From Halorarum halobium (GTDB taxonomy: Archaea; Halobacteriota; Halobacteria; Halobacteriales; Haloferacaceae), in the NCBI RefSeq assembly GCF_032116555.1, contig NZ_CP134949.1:2976001-3040000 (forward strand): 64,000 nt of DNA, given 5' to 3'. Each line of letters opens with the position of its first letter. Positions within the stretch are counted from its first letter, which is position 1. The translations under genes and the position numbers were made by a program. This document shows, in pieces, positions 20,159 to 29,437 of the stretch. A model generated the notes under the pieces. That model was not told the origin of the DNA. It saw nothing but the letters and a program-made list of their open reading frames with translations, and did not search any database.

Positions 20159-21090
20159 TGCTGTACCTCCACGTCGAACAGGTCTCTCAGTCCGTCACCG
20201 ATCATGTTGAATCCCATCACGACGACCAGAATCGCCACGCCCGGGAAGATGCTCACCCACCAGCCGTCCGGGAGATACGTCGTCCCGTCGCTGACCATCG
20301 TCCCGAGCCCCGGCTGGGGCGGCTGGACGCCGACGCCGATGAACGACAGCCCGGCGCCGATCAGGATGACGAAGCCGGCGTCGAGTGTCACCTTCACGAG
20401 GATGGGCGAGAGGCAGTTCGGCAGGATCTCCCGGAACAGAATGTGCGGCGTCGAGGCCCCCGCGAGTTCCGCCGCGGCGACGTACTCCTCGTTTCGCTCG
20501 CTCGCCACGAGGTTCTGTACCAGCCGTGCGTACCACGTCCACCAGAGCGACGCGATCGCGAGCATCGCGTTGGTGATCGTCGGTTGCAGGGCCGACGTGA
20601 TCGCGAGCGCCATCACGAGCGGTGGCAACGCGAGGAACGCGTCCGTCGCCCGCATGATGACGGTCTCGACGATCCCCTCGTAGTAGCCGGCCACCAGGCC
20701 CAGGAGGACGCCGGTCGGGACGCCGATCCCGAGCACGACCGCGACCATCAGGAGCGACAGCCGGTAGCCGAAGATCACCCGGCTGAACACGTCGCGGCCG
20801 CTCTGGTCGGTCCCGAACGGGTGTTCGAGACTCGGCGGCTGCATCGAGTTCGCGAAGTCGGTGAACGCGCCGGCGTGTTCCGGGTGTGGAGTGAGGACGG
20901 GCGCGAAGACGGCCATCGTCACGACGAACCCGACGATCGCCAGGCCGGCCGCGCTGATCGGCCGGCTCACGAAGCGCTTCGTCGCACGGGCCCACGAGTC
21001 CCGCCGCGACGGCGGGAAGCGTTTGTCGAGCCAGCTGAGGCGCTCGGATTCGGGTTCGGATGCGCCGGGCCGTGCCGTGTCACCGCTCAT
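20155..21090 (-). CDS. dppC: Oligopeptide/dipeptide ABC transporter permease
   Basis: HPFGTDQSGRDVFSR, EYVAAAELAGA, GLSFIGVG; start MSGDTAR overlaps the dppB stop. Confidence 0.92.
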   Translation of the reverse strand: MSGDTARPGASEPESERLSWLDKRFPPSRRDSWARATKRFVSRPISAAGLAIVGFVVTMAVFAPVLTPHPEHAGAFTDFANSMQPPSLEHPFGTDQSGRDVFSRVIFGYRLSLLMVAVVLGIGVPTGVLLGLVAGYYEGIVETVIMRATDAFLALPPLVMALAITSALQPTITNAMLAIASLWWTWYARLVQNLVASERNEEYVAAAELAGASTPHILFREILPNCLSPILVKVTLDAGFVILIGAGLSFIGVGVQPPQPGLGTMVSDGTTYLPDGWWVSIFPGVAILVVVMGFNMIGDGLRDLFDVEVQQ

Positions 21091-22118
21091 GTCGATTCCT
21101 CCATCGCGAGTCGGATCCGCGGATCGACGCGGCCGAGCAGCAGGTCGATGACCAGGTTGGCGAGGACGAACGCCAGGCCGATCGTCATCGTCACGCCGAC
21201 GATCGCGTTGAAGTCGTTCGCCAGGACCGCCTGCACGCCGTAGGAGGCGATCCCCGGGAAGTTGAACACGAGTTCGATGAGGAACGCGTTGCCCAGCAGC
21301 GACGCGTACAGCAGCCCCAGGATCGTCAGCGTGGGGATGAACGCGTTCTTCAGCGTGTACTTGTAGACGACGAGCCAGTTCGGCAGGCCCAGGCCGCGTT
21401 CGGCCTCGATGTAGTCCTTCCGCTGGACGTCGATCATGCTCGATCTGGTGATGCGCATGATCTGACCGATCCCGGCCATCGAGAGCGCGAGCGCGGGCAA
21501 CAGCAGGTGCATCCAGGCGTCGACGTGTGCGGCCCAGTGACCGCCCAACAGCGTGTCGACGAGCATGAACCCGGTCTGTCGGGTCACCTCCTCCTCGAAC
21601 CCGCGTGAGAGCCGGCCCGTGATCGGGAACCACTGGAGGAGGTACCCGAACACGACCTGGAACACGATGCCGATGAAAAAGCCCGGCACGCTCACCCCGA
21701 CGAACGAGACGAGGCGAGTCGCGTTGTCGACGACCCCGTCCTTGTCGCTGGCAGCGACCACCCCGAGGAAGATCCCGAAGACGATCGTGAACGCCATGGC
21801 GAGCGAGATCAGCTCCAGCGTCGCCGGAAGGTACCAGAGGATGTCGTTCGCGACGGGGCTTCGGGTCTGGAGGCTCATCCCCAGATCGCCGACGAGGAGG
21901 CCCTGCAGGTAGTCGACGTACTGAACGGGCAGCGGCTCGTCCAGTCCCAGTTCGCTCGCGAACTCTTCGACCTGCGCTTCCGAGGCCGTCGGACCCAGCG
22001 CCATCCGCGCCGGGTTCCCCGGCAGGATCCGTGACACCGCGAAGATGATGACCGACAGCCCGGCGAGGCTCGCGATCATCCCGGTGAACCGCCGGATCAA
22101 GTACTGGTAGTACTTCAT
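21087..22118 (-). CDS. dppB: Oligopeptide/dipeptide ABC transporter permease
   Basis: PGNPA, LGLDEPLPVQY, GDLGMS, PATLEL, DPRIR. Confidence 0.93.
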   Translation of the reverse strand: MKYYQYLIRRFTGMIASLAGLSVIIFAVSRILPGNPARMALGPTASEAQVEEFASELGLDEPLPVQYVDYLQGLLVGDLGMSLQTRSPVANDILWYLPATLELISLAMAFTIVFGIFLGVVAASDKDGVVDNATRLVSFVGVSVPGFFIGIVFQVVFGYLLQWFPITGRLSRGFEEEVTRQTGFMLVDTLLGGHWAAHVDAWMHLLLPALALSMAGIGQIMRITRSSMIDVQRKDYIEAERGLGLPNWLVVYKYTLKNAFIPTLTILGLLYASLLGNAFLIELVFNFPGIASYGVQAVLANDFNAIVGVTMTIGLAFVLANLVIDLLLGRVDPRIRLAMEEST

Positions 22119-22263
22119 GCTCCCCTCACCACGCGGGGCGAGTCGGCGGCTCCGACGCCGTGGGCCGACGTGTGGCTCCGAACTCCGTCGAACCGCGGAC
22201 GGGTTTTCGCGATCGCTCCGGAGGGGCGTGACTGATCAGTGCGGACCCGATCAGACGCGCCGT

Positions 22264-23985
22264 TCATTCTTGGGTGAGGTCCCGGAACCAGTAGTCGAAG
22301 CTCATCGACGGCCGGTACGTGTACCCCTGGACCTCCTCGTTCATCGCGTGCTTTTTCGTGTCGACGAAGACGAACACTTCCGGGTACTGCTCGGCGATCC
22401 GTTGCTGGGCGTCGCGGTAGAGGTCCGCCCGCGCGTCCGGGTCGGTGGTTCGGCGCGACTCCTCGATGATGCCGTCCAGTTCCGAATCCTGGAGGTGCGA
22501 CATGCTCATCCAGGTCGAGGCCGATTCGGAGTAGTACTGGTTGACGAGGTAGGCGTCGACGGACGGGTACACCGGCCCGTAGAACACGTTGTTCGAGTGG
22601 GACGTCTGGGCCGGGTCGGTGGCCATGTCGGTCATCGTCCCCCAGGTCTGGGGGTTCAGTTCGACCTCGATGCCGACCTCGTTCAGGTTCTGCTGATACA
22701 GCAGCGCCAGCTGCTCTTGCAGGTCGGTCTCCCTGACGAACGTGTGTTCGATCTGGACGTCGCCCTCGCCGTATCCGGCGTTCTCGAGGATCTCGCGTGC
22801 GCGTTCGGGGTCGTACCCCGGTTGCGGGACGTCCCCGTTGTGCGAGTCGAACACCGGGGCGACGGGGCCGACCGCCTCACCGGAGCCCGGGGCGACCTCC
22901 GTCCGGGCCGTCTCGTAGTCGAAGGCGTGCGCGATCGCCTTCCGGACCTCCACGTCGTCGGTCGGGGCGCGCTGGGTGTTGAGTTTGAAGTACAGCAGCG
23001 TCGCCGTCGGGGTGCTGTTGACCCGGATGTGGTCCTCCTCGGCGAGCGTCTGGTACGTCTGCTCGCTCTGGTACTGGCTCGTCATGTGGAGCTCCTCGTT
23101 GCGCATCAGGGTCCGCACCGTCGAGTCGGTCGTGATGATGTCGACGTACACCCGTTCGTAGGCGTTCTCCGGGATCTCGGCCCAGTATTCCCGGAAGATG
23201 TCGAACGAGATGCTCGACCCGCGCTCGAAGGCGTTGAGCGAGTACGGACCGGACCCGGCGTCGGCGTTGTTCAGGAACTCCACCCCGTAGTCCCCGTCGT
23301 CCCCGAACTCGCCGTCGGCGGCGTTCTCCTGGACGAGCTGGCTGTCGACGATGAACAGGAGCACGAGCACGTCCATGAACGGCGCGTAGACCTCGGTGAG
23401 GGGGATCTCGATCTCGTACTCGCCGGTGACGGCGACGTTGTCGACGTCGACGATGGAGAACTGCGAGGCGTACCCCTCGTTGATGTCGAGGAGCCGTTCC
23501 AGCGAGTACTTGACGTCCGCCGCGGTGAGCTGGTTGCCGCTGTGGAACTGGATGTCGTCCCGGAGCGTGAACGTGTACGTCCTGTTGTCGTCCGACACGC
23601 TCCAGTCTTCAGCGACGTGTGGCTGGATCTCCCCGGCTTCGTTGGGGAACACCAGCGGATCGTAGAGGTTCACCATCGCCATGACCTGCGTGTAGTCCGT
23701 CCCGCGGGCCGGGTCGATCGTCCCGAACCGCTGGACGGCGTTCATGGCGAGCGTCCGACGATCGTCGCTTCCGCCCTCATCGCCCGACGTCTCGTCGCCG
23801 TCGCCGTCGCCGGCGGGTGAACCGCCACCCGACGCCTCGGGGTCCTCCGCGCTACACCCCGCCAGCCCCGCGACCCCTGCGGCCCCGATTCCCTGGAGGA
23901 ACCGGCGCCGTGTCTCCGCGTCTTCGAACATGTCCGAGACGGGTCCCCCCGGGGACCCGTCCGGTTGAGTGTGTTTTGCACACAT
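22264..23985 (-). CDS. dppA: Family-5 ABC substrate-binding lipoprotein (Tat)
   Basis: TRRRFLQ signal and LAGC lipobox; LRDDIQFHSG, GSGPY, VRKAIAHAFD; start chosen from the TTTAAT box at 24013-24018. Confidence 0.9.
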   Translation of the reverse strand: MCAKHTQPDGSPGGPVSDMFEDAETRRRFLQGIGAAGVAGLAGCSAEDPEASGGGSPAGDGDGDETSGDEGGSDDRRTLAMNAVQRFGTIDPARGTDYTQVMAMVNLYDPLVFPNEAGEIQPHVAEDWSVSDDNRTYTFTLRDDIQFHSGNQLTAADVKYSLERLLDINEGYASQFSIVDVDNVAVTGEYEIEIPLTEVYAPFMDVLVLLFIVDSQLVQENAADGEFGDDGDYGVEFLNNADAGSGPYSLNAFERGSSISFDIFREYWAEIPENAYERVYVDIITTDSTVRTLMRNEELHMTSQYQSEQTYQTLAEEDHIRVNSTPTATLLYFKLNTQRAPTDDVEVRKAIAHAFDYETARTEVAPGSGEAVGPVAPVFDSHNGDVPQPGYDPERAREILENAGYGEGDVQIEHTFVRETDLQEQLALLYQQNLNEVGIEVELNPQTWGTMTDMATDPAQTSHSNNVFYGPVYPSVDAYLVNQYYSESASTWMSMSHLQDSELDGIIEESRRTTDPDARADLYRDAQQRIAEQYPEVFVFVDTKKHAMNEEVQGYTYRPSMSFDYWFRDLTQE

Positions 23986-24520
23986 GACACTCGGTGTCAT
24001 TACATACTGTGAATTAAAGGTTCCTATCTGACGGCTAATGGTGTATAAGCAACCAATTCGTCACGATGTTCCGCACACAATGTGGTAAAAACAATAGGCG
24101 TCGGCAGTTCGACACGACTGATGGCCGGCGCCTGTTCGATTTCGAACACCGGGTACCGGGGTACCGGACGGAGCTTTCACGCCGGGTCGTCACCGCGCTG
24201 ACCGGTCGGGCCCGACCCCGTCGGGTGCCGGAAACGGCGAGCGCGACGGGTGACGCTGGAGGCCCGAGACGGCATCTGCAGCAATCAAGCGCCGCGGCCG
24301 TCGGATCACACGCGCGGCATCGCCGGTTCCGTGACCCCGGGTCGACCGCGCCCGCCCCACCCCTCGACTACGCACTCGGCGAGTGCTCGCGTCCGCCTTC
24401 CGAACGCCGGCGAAGCGATCCATTGCCAACCGTTGTCATCGTGTTCGCCCAATGTGGAACCTGTCACGAAGGAACGGTTCATAGCAACCGATTTTTTAAA
24501 TCTATCCCACACGTTAGCCG

Positions 24521-24732
24521 ATGCCACTCAGTCGACGGTCGTACGTCGGTGTCTCGTCCGCTGCCCTCCTCGGCGGCGTCGCCGGGTGTCTCTCTGGCGG
24601 TTCCGGCGGGTCGGACGGGTCGGAACGCCGCGGGAGGTGTACGAGTCGCCGGCGACGGGGTTCGTCGCGCTGGACGTCCCCGAACTGCCCTTCCTCCGGT
24701 GGCGAACTCGAATGACCCGCCGGCCGACGTGA
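24521..24732 (+). pseudogene. Collapsed ABC operon remnant: Tat-lipoprotein 5' end joined to an ABC ATPase fragment
   Basis: MPLSRRSYVG...VAGC after TTTTTAAA (about 24492-24500); another frame from 24619 reads VGTPREVYESPATGFVA and stops at 24732. Confidence 0.65.
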
Positions 24733-25496
24733 CGGTCATCGCCCACCGGGGGTTCGCCGGCGTCGCGCCGGAAAACACCCTCGCGGCGGCCGGACGTGCC
24801 GGCGACCTCGGCGCCGACGCCATCGAGTGCGACGTCGTCGCCACCGCGGACGGAACGCCCGTCGTGTTTCACGACCGTCGCCTGGACGATCGCGGGCCCA
24901 GCCGCGGGATCACCGACGGAACCGGCTCCGTCGACGAACGCTCGACCGCGGCGGTCACCGACGCGACCGTGCTCGGGACGGCCAATCGGATCCCGACGCT
25001 TGCGGCATTCGTCGACGCCGTGCCCGACGGCGTCGCGCTCAACGTCGAACTCAAACACCCCGGAGCCGCGACCACGACGCTCCGGGCACCCGACGGCGAG
25101 TCGCGGCGAGCCAGGTGGCGACCGCTGGTCGAACGGACGCTGGACGCCCTGGACGGCGAGCCGACGCTGTTCTCGTCGTTCTCTCGGTCGGCGCTCGAGG
25201 TGGTTCGATCGCTGTCCCCCAACGCCCGGGTCGCGCCGATCGCGTGGGACCTCGACGCGGCGGTGGGGATGGCCGAGGCCGTCGACGCGGACGCCGTCCA
25301 CCCGTCCATCGAGGGGCTCCGATCGACCCAGCGCGACCCGCCGGGCGAGTACGCGGTGAACGCGTGGACGGCCCGGACCTGGCAGGACGCTCGAGACGCG
25401 CTCGGGTTCGGCGTCGACGGGCTGATCGCCGACTACCCGAACCTCCTCCCGACGGCGACCGAGCGGGACCGGTCCGGCGCGAACGGCGGCGAGTGA
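24729..25496 (+). CDS. Glycerophosphodiester phosphodiesterase (UgpQ/GlpQ family)
   Basis: VIAHRGFAGVAPENT, IECDV, VVFHD, NVELK, FSSF, VNAWT, GLIADYP; GTG start overlapping the upstream TGA. Confidence 0.88.
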   Translation: MTVIAHRGFAGVAPENTLAAAGRAGDLGADAIECDVVATADGTPVVFHDRRLDDRGPSRGITDGTGSVDERSTAAVTDATVLGTANRIPTLAAFVDAVPDGVALNVELKHPGAATTTLRAPDGESRRARWRPLVERTLDALDGEPTLFSSFSRSALEVVRSLSPNARVAPIAWDLDAAVGMAEAVDADAVHPSIEGLRSTQRDPPGEYAVNAWTARTWQDARDALGFGVDGLIADYPNLLPTATERDRSGANGGE

Positions 25497-25616
25497 GCGG
25501 TCGATCGCCGATGGTGCGGGACGAGGACGGGGACGCCCGCGCAACCAGCCAGGTCCGCGTCCGGGGGCGGCGGGGTTCGCCGCGGCCGCCACCCGCTGCC
25601 GTGGCGCCGACCGGGG

Positions 25617-26486
25617 TCACTCCGGTTCCGCGACGGTCATGACGGGCACCGGTGCCGAGCGCACGGTCTCTTCGGCGACGCTGCCGAGCAGGATCCGATC
25701 CGTGCCACGCCGTCCCGTCGTCCCCATCCCGACGGCGTGGACGTCGTTCGCCTCGATGCAGTCGAGGATCGCCTCGACGGGCGTTCCGTGTTCGACGTGG
25801 CTGACGGTCTCGGAAACCCCCCGTGACTCGGCCGCCGAGACGACGGTCTCGACGGCGTCGGTCGCGGCCCCCTCGCTCTCCTTCCCGGACGCCGTCGACC
25901 GGATGTCGACCCCGAGCGCGGAGTCGTCCACGACCGACAGGACGTGGACGGTCGCGTCGAGCGCCGCCGCAAGCCCGACGAGATGATCGGCCGCGTGGGT
26001 CGCGGCGCTACTCCCGTCAGTCGGGATGAGGACGTTCTCGTAGGGGAACTCCAGCGTCTCGTCGGGCCGCATGCGGACCGAGAGGACGGGGACCGAGGAG
26101 AGGCGGACGACCTTCTCGGAGACGCTCCCGTTGAGGTACCGCGAGACCCCCTCGCGGCCGTGGGTCGGCATCACGATCAGGTCGTGCTCGTACCGCTCCG
26201 CGTACTCGACGACGGTCGGAGCCGGGTTGCCCTGGACGACGTCGGTGTCGTACGAACTTCCGAGCGTGTCCAGCGTCTTCTCGGCCTCGTCGATGACGTC
26301 CTCGCCCTTGCGTGCGAGCACGTCGACTGTGTGGCCCTCGACGACGGTGACGCTGTCCCGCGTCGTGTCGGCGACGTAGAGCACGTGGATCGTCGCGTCG
26401 GCCCAGTGGGCGAGTTCGCTTGCGTGATGGAGCACCTCTGCTGCGCCGTCGCTCCCGTCGAACGGGAGGAGAACGTCGTCGTACAT
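25617..26486 (-). CDS. Tandem universal stress protein (two Usp domains)
   Basis: YDDVLLPFDGS...GSVSEKVVRLSSVPV and YENVLIPTDGS...GSVAEETVRSAPVPV. Confidence 0.93.
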   Translation of the reverse strand: MYDDVLLPFDGSDGAAEVLHHASELAHWADATIHVLYVADTTRDSVTVVEGHTVDVLARKGEDVIDEAEKTLDTLGSSYDTDVVQGNPAPTVVEYAERYEHDLIVMPTHGREGVSRYLNGSVSEKVVRLSSVPVLSVRMRPDETLEFPYENVLIPTDGSSAATHAADHLVGLAAALDATVHVLSVVDDSALGVDIRSTASGKESEGAATDAVETVVSAAESRGVSETVSHVEHGTPVEAILDCIEANDVHAVGMGTTGRRGTDRILLGSVAEETVRSAPVPVMTVAEPE

Positions 26487-26705
26487 GACTCGTTGCACGG
26501 GGGTACGTGTGCCGGCCCCCTAATGGTTTGACCTCTCCGTCGAGAGAACGGCTCCCGACCGCGCGAACGCCGAGCAGGGACGGCGCGGTCCGACGTCTCC
26601 GCGTGCTGGGCGAGCCAGTCCATCCACGGCCCGGCCGGAACGACCACGCCTCCGAGCCAGCCGGAGCGGCACGGCCGGTGAGGGACGGTCGAGATGCACG
26701 GACGG

Positions 26706-28091
26706 TCACTCGGGGTCGCGGTCAGCGGCGGGCGAGCCCCGTTCGATCGGCTCGGCGCCGTCGCGGTCGACGGTCACCCGGACCTTCTGGATGCGGGAGT
26801 TCTCCACCCCTTCGGCCCGCAGCGTCACGTTTCCGTACTCGAACTCCTCGCCCTGCTCGACGAGGCGGCCCGCGCGGTTGAAGATGAAGCCCGCGATGGT
26901 CTCGAACTCCTCGCCCTCCGGGAGGACGATGTCGAGGGGTTCGTTGACCGCTTCGATCTTGACGTCCCCCCGGACGAGCACGGTGTCGTCGTCGACGAAC
27001 TCGATCGGGTGGTCCTCGCCGCCCACCAGGATCTCGCCGACGATCTCCTCGGTCATGTCCTCCATCGTGATGAGCCCCCCGGTGGCGCCGAACTCGTCGA
27101 TGACGATGACCATGTGCAGCCGGTTCTCGCGCATCTCCTCGAGCAGGTCGTCGACGTTCTTGGACTCGGGGACGTGCAGCGTCGGGGTGACCACCTCCTC
27201 GACCGCGAGGTCGGCGAACTCGCCGTAGTCGTACCCCTGGAGGTTCCGGATGTCGAAGACGCCGATCACGTTGTCCAGCGAGCCCTCGTAGGCCGGCAGG
27301 CGGGCGTGGCCCGACTGGATACACTTCTCGATGGCCGCCTCGACGGTCGCGTCGCTGGAGATGGCCTCCATGTCGAGGCGGGGGGTCATCACCTCCTTGG
27401 CGGTGGCGTCGGTGAACTGCAGGGTGCGCTGGAGCATCTGGCGCTCCTCCTCGTCGAGGATGCCCTCGCGCTCGCCCGTCTTGATCATGTTCCGGATCTC
27501 GTCGCGGCTGACGTACGAGGACTCGATGGACGAACTGCCGCCGGTGAGGTTGTTGACCGCGGTCGTCAGATAGTAGAACAGGGTGATGAGCGGCCACAGC
27601 ACCTTCCCGACGATCTTCAGCCCGGGAGCGACGGTCCGCGCCCACGAGTCGGTGTTCTCGACGGCGTAGGACTTTGGCGCGCTCTCGCCGAACAGCAGCA
27701 CCAGCGACGTGATCCCGAACGACGAGACGAGGACGGCCGTGCCCGCGTCGAAGTAGAAGCCGACGATCGTCGTCGAGATGGAGGACATCGTGATGTTCAC
27801 GAGGTTGTTCCCGACCAGAATCGTCACGAGCAGGCGGTGGGGGTCCTCCTTGAGGGATTTGACCACTCGGGCGCCCCGCTTGCCCTGATCGACCATCGCG
27901 TCGACCTGGTGGGCCGGCAGGGAGAACAGCGCGATCTCGGAGGAGGAAAAGAACCCCGAGCCCATGATGAGCAGCAGTATCAGGAGGACGCCGACCGCGG
28001 TGAGGCCGGTCTGGCCCAGCTCGACGCCGACGAACGGCACGGTGGCCTGTACGAGGGGAGCCCCCGCTGCCGTGAGCACGGATATTCCCAT
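26706..28091 (-). CDS. Hemolysin/CNNM family protein (DUF21 + CBS pair + CorC)
   Basis: FFSSSEIALFSL, FGESAPKS, EVMTPR, IDEFG, FETIAG. Confidence 0.92.
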   Translation of the reverse strand: MGISVLTAAGAPLVQATVPFVGVELGQTGLTAVGVLLILLLIMGSGFFSSSEIALFSLPAHQVDAMVDQGKRGARVVKSLKEDPHRLLVTILVGNNLVNITMSSISTTIVGFYFDAGTAVLVSSFGITSLVLLFGESAPKSYAVENTDSWARTVAPGLKIVGKVLWPLITLFYYLTTAVNNLTGGSSSIESSYVSRDEIRNMIKTGEREGILDEEERQMLQRTLQFTDATAKEVMTPRLDMEAISSDATVEAAIEKCIQSGHARLPAYEGSLDNVIGVFDIRNLQGYDYGEFADLAVEEVVTPTLHVPESKNVDDLLEEMRENRLHMVIVIDEFGATGGLITMEDMTEEIVGEILVGGEDHPIEFVDDDTVLVRGDVKIEAVNEPLDIVLPEGEEFETIAGFIFNRAGRLVEQGEEFEYGNVTLRAEGVENSRIQKVRVTVDRDGAEPIERGSPAADRDPE

Positions 28092-28431
28092 GGTATCGAC
28101 GTATACTACAGCGGAAAATTAACGCTTCCGTACGAGCGGTGAACAGGCTCCCGTTCGTGGCCGCACGGTCCGAGAGCGCCGGACTCGACGGCTTCGAGGA
28201 CGCCTATCCCGGGACCGTGCAGTCGACCGTCTCCGGCGACCCGAAACGTCCGCGCGACTGGACGGCCCGCGACGTCGTCGAGCACGTCGCGCGGACCGGG
28301 ACGAACTCGGCGTCCGACGGCGGGACGAACAGTTCTCATCAGCACCCGGCGCTCCCACGCCCAGGATTATTATCTCTTCGAATCCAGTATAGCAACTTTA
28401 TTATATTTGTATCCAAATTTACTAACCAGTC

Positions 28432-29112
28432 ATGGCACACGTTCACCTCGGAGAAGGGGCGTTCCCGCTGTGGGCACTGGTTCTCTGGACGCTGCTGGGC
28501 GCCGGGCTGATCAGCGCCGTCGTCCATCGGATCCGGAAGGACGGCATCGAGACACGTCAGATCGCACTCGCCGGGATCGCTGCGGCCGCGAGCTTCGCGG
28601 TGTTCCAGTTGAATATCCCGGTCTGGGGCGGCATCCACATGAACCTCACCGGGCTCGTGGGGATCCTCGCCGGCCCGCTGCTCGGTCCGCTCATCGCGCT
28701 CGTCGTCAACGGCTTCTCGGCGGCGCTCGGGCACGGTGCGGTCGGGCTGCTCGGGGCGAACACGCTCGTCAACGCCACCGAGGCGGTCGTCGCCTACTAC
28801 GCGTTCAGAACGCTGCTGGGGATGGACTGGGACGTCTTCCCCGCCGGCGCGAGCGCCGCGACGCTCGGCCTCTCGGCGGGGGCGTTCCTGATGGGCGCGA
28901 TCATCGTCGTCAGCGGCGTGAACGGGAGCGCGCTGCCCCGCGGCGACCTGGCGATCGCCGTCGCCGGCCTCGTCGGACTCAACCTCGGCGTCGCCGTCGT
29001 CGAGGGGATCCTGACGGGCTTCATCGTCCAGTTCCTCGCGTCGGTCCGGCCCGACCTCGTCGGCCTCGACGACCGTGACGCCCGAGCGGAGGCGACCGGG
29101 GTGACGGCCTGA
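28432..29112 (+). CDS. cbiM: ECF Co/Ni transporter substrate component (CbiM/NikM-like)
   Basis: N-terminal HLGEG, GIHMNLTGLVGILAGP, GHGAVGLLGAN, VEGILT. Confidence 0.88.
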   Translation: MAHVHLGEGAFPLWALVLWTLLGAGLISAVVHRIRKDGIETRQIALAGIAAAASFAVFQLNIPVWGGIHMNLTGLVGILAGPLLGPLIALVVNGFSAALGHGAVGLLGANTLVNATEAVVAYYAFRTLLGMDWDVFPAGASAATLGLSAGAFLMGAIIVVSGVNGSALPRGDLAIAVAGLVGLNLGVAVVEGILTGFIVQFLASVRPDLVGLDDRDARAEATGVTA

Positions 29113-29435
29113 TGCGGCGCCGGACGCAGTACGGCGGGCTCGCCGGCCTGCTCGCGGTCTGTTTCGCCGCGGGCCTCCGGGGATTTACCTCGACCGGCGG
29201 CGCGCTCCCGTGGGCCAAGCGCTCCGCGCGGACGCTCCAGCGCGGCGTGCAGGAGGGTGGCGGCGCGCTCGTCGACCTCGGCCGCGGCGTCGTCGTGGCC
29301 GGCCCCATTCGCAAGGGTGGACTGCTATTCGAATTCTGGGGGCTCGTCGCCCTGCTGGTCGTCCTCGGCGTCGGACTGTACGTCTACGTCGACCGCTACG
29401 GCGGCTTCGACGACGGGGAACGCCAGGCCCGATAG
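29112..29435 (+). CDS. Small two-TM membrane protein in the CbiN/NikN position
   Basis: TGATG coupling to cbiM; two hydrophobic segments. Confidence 0.7.
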   Translation: MRRRTQYGGLAGLLAVCFAAGLRGFTSTGGALPWAKRSARTLQRGVQEGGGALVDLGRGVVVAGPIRKGGLLFEFWGLVALLVVLGVGLYVYVDRYGGFDDGERQAR

Positions 29436-29437
29436 TC

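Noticed and set aside
24066..24728. Long N-terminal extension of the GDPD ORF
   Set aside because: Arg/Pro-rich, crosses a TATA box, and similarity begins only at VTVIAHRG.
28365..28430. Possible NikR operator or cobalamin riboswitch upstream of cbiM
   Set aside because: AT-rich promoter only; I could not find a convincing palindrome or riboswitch core.
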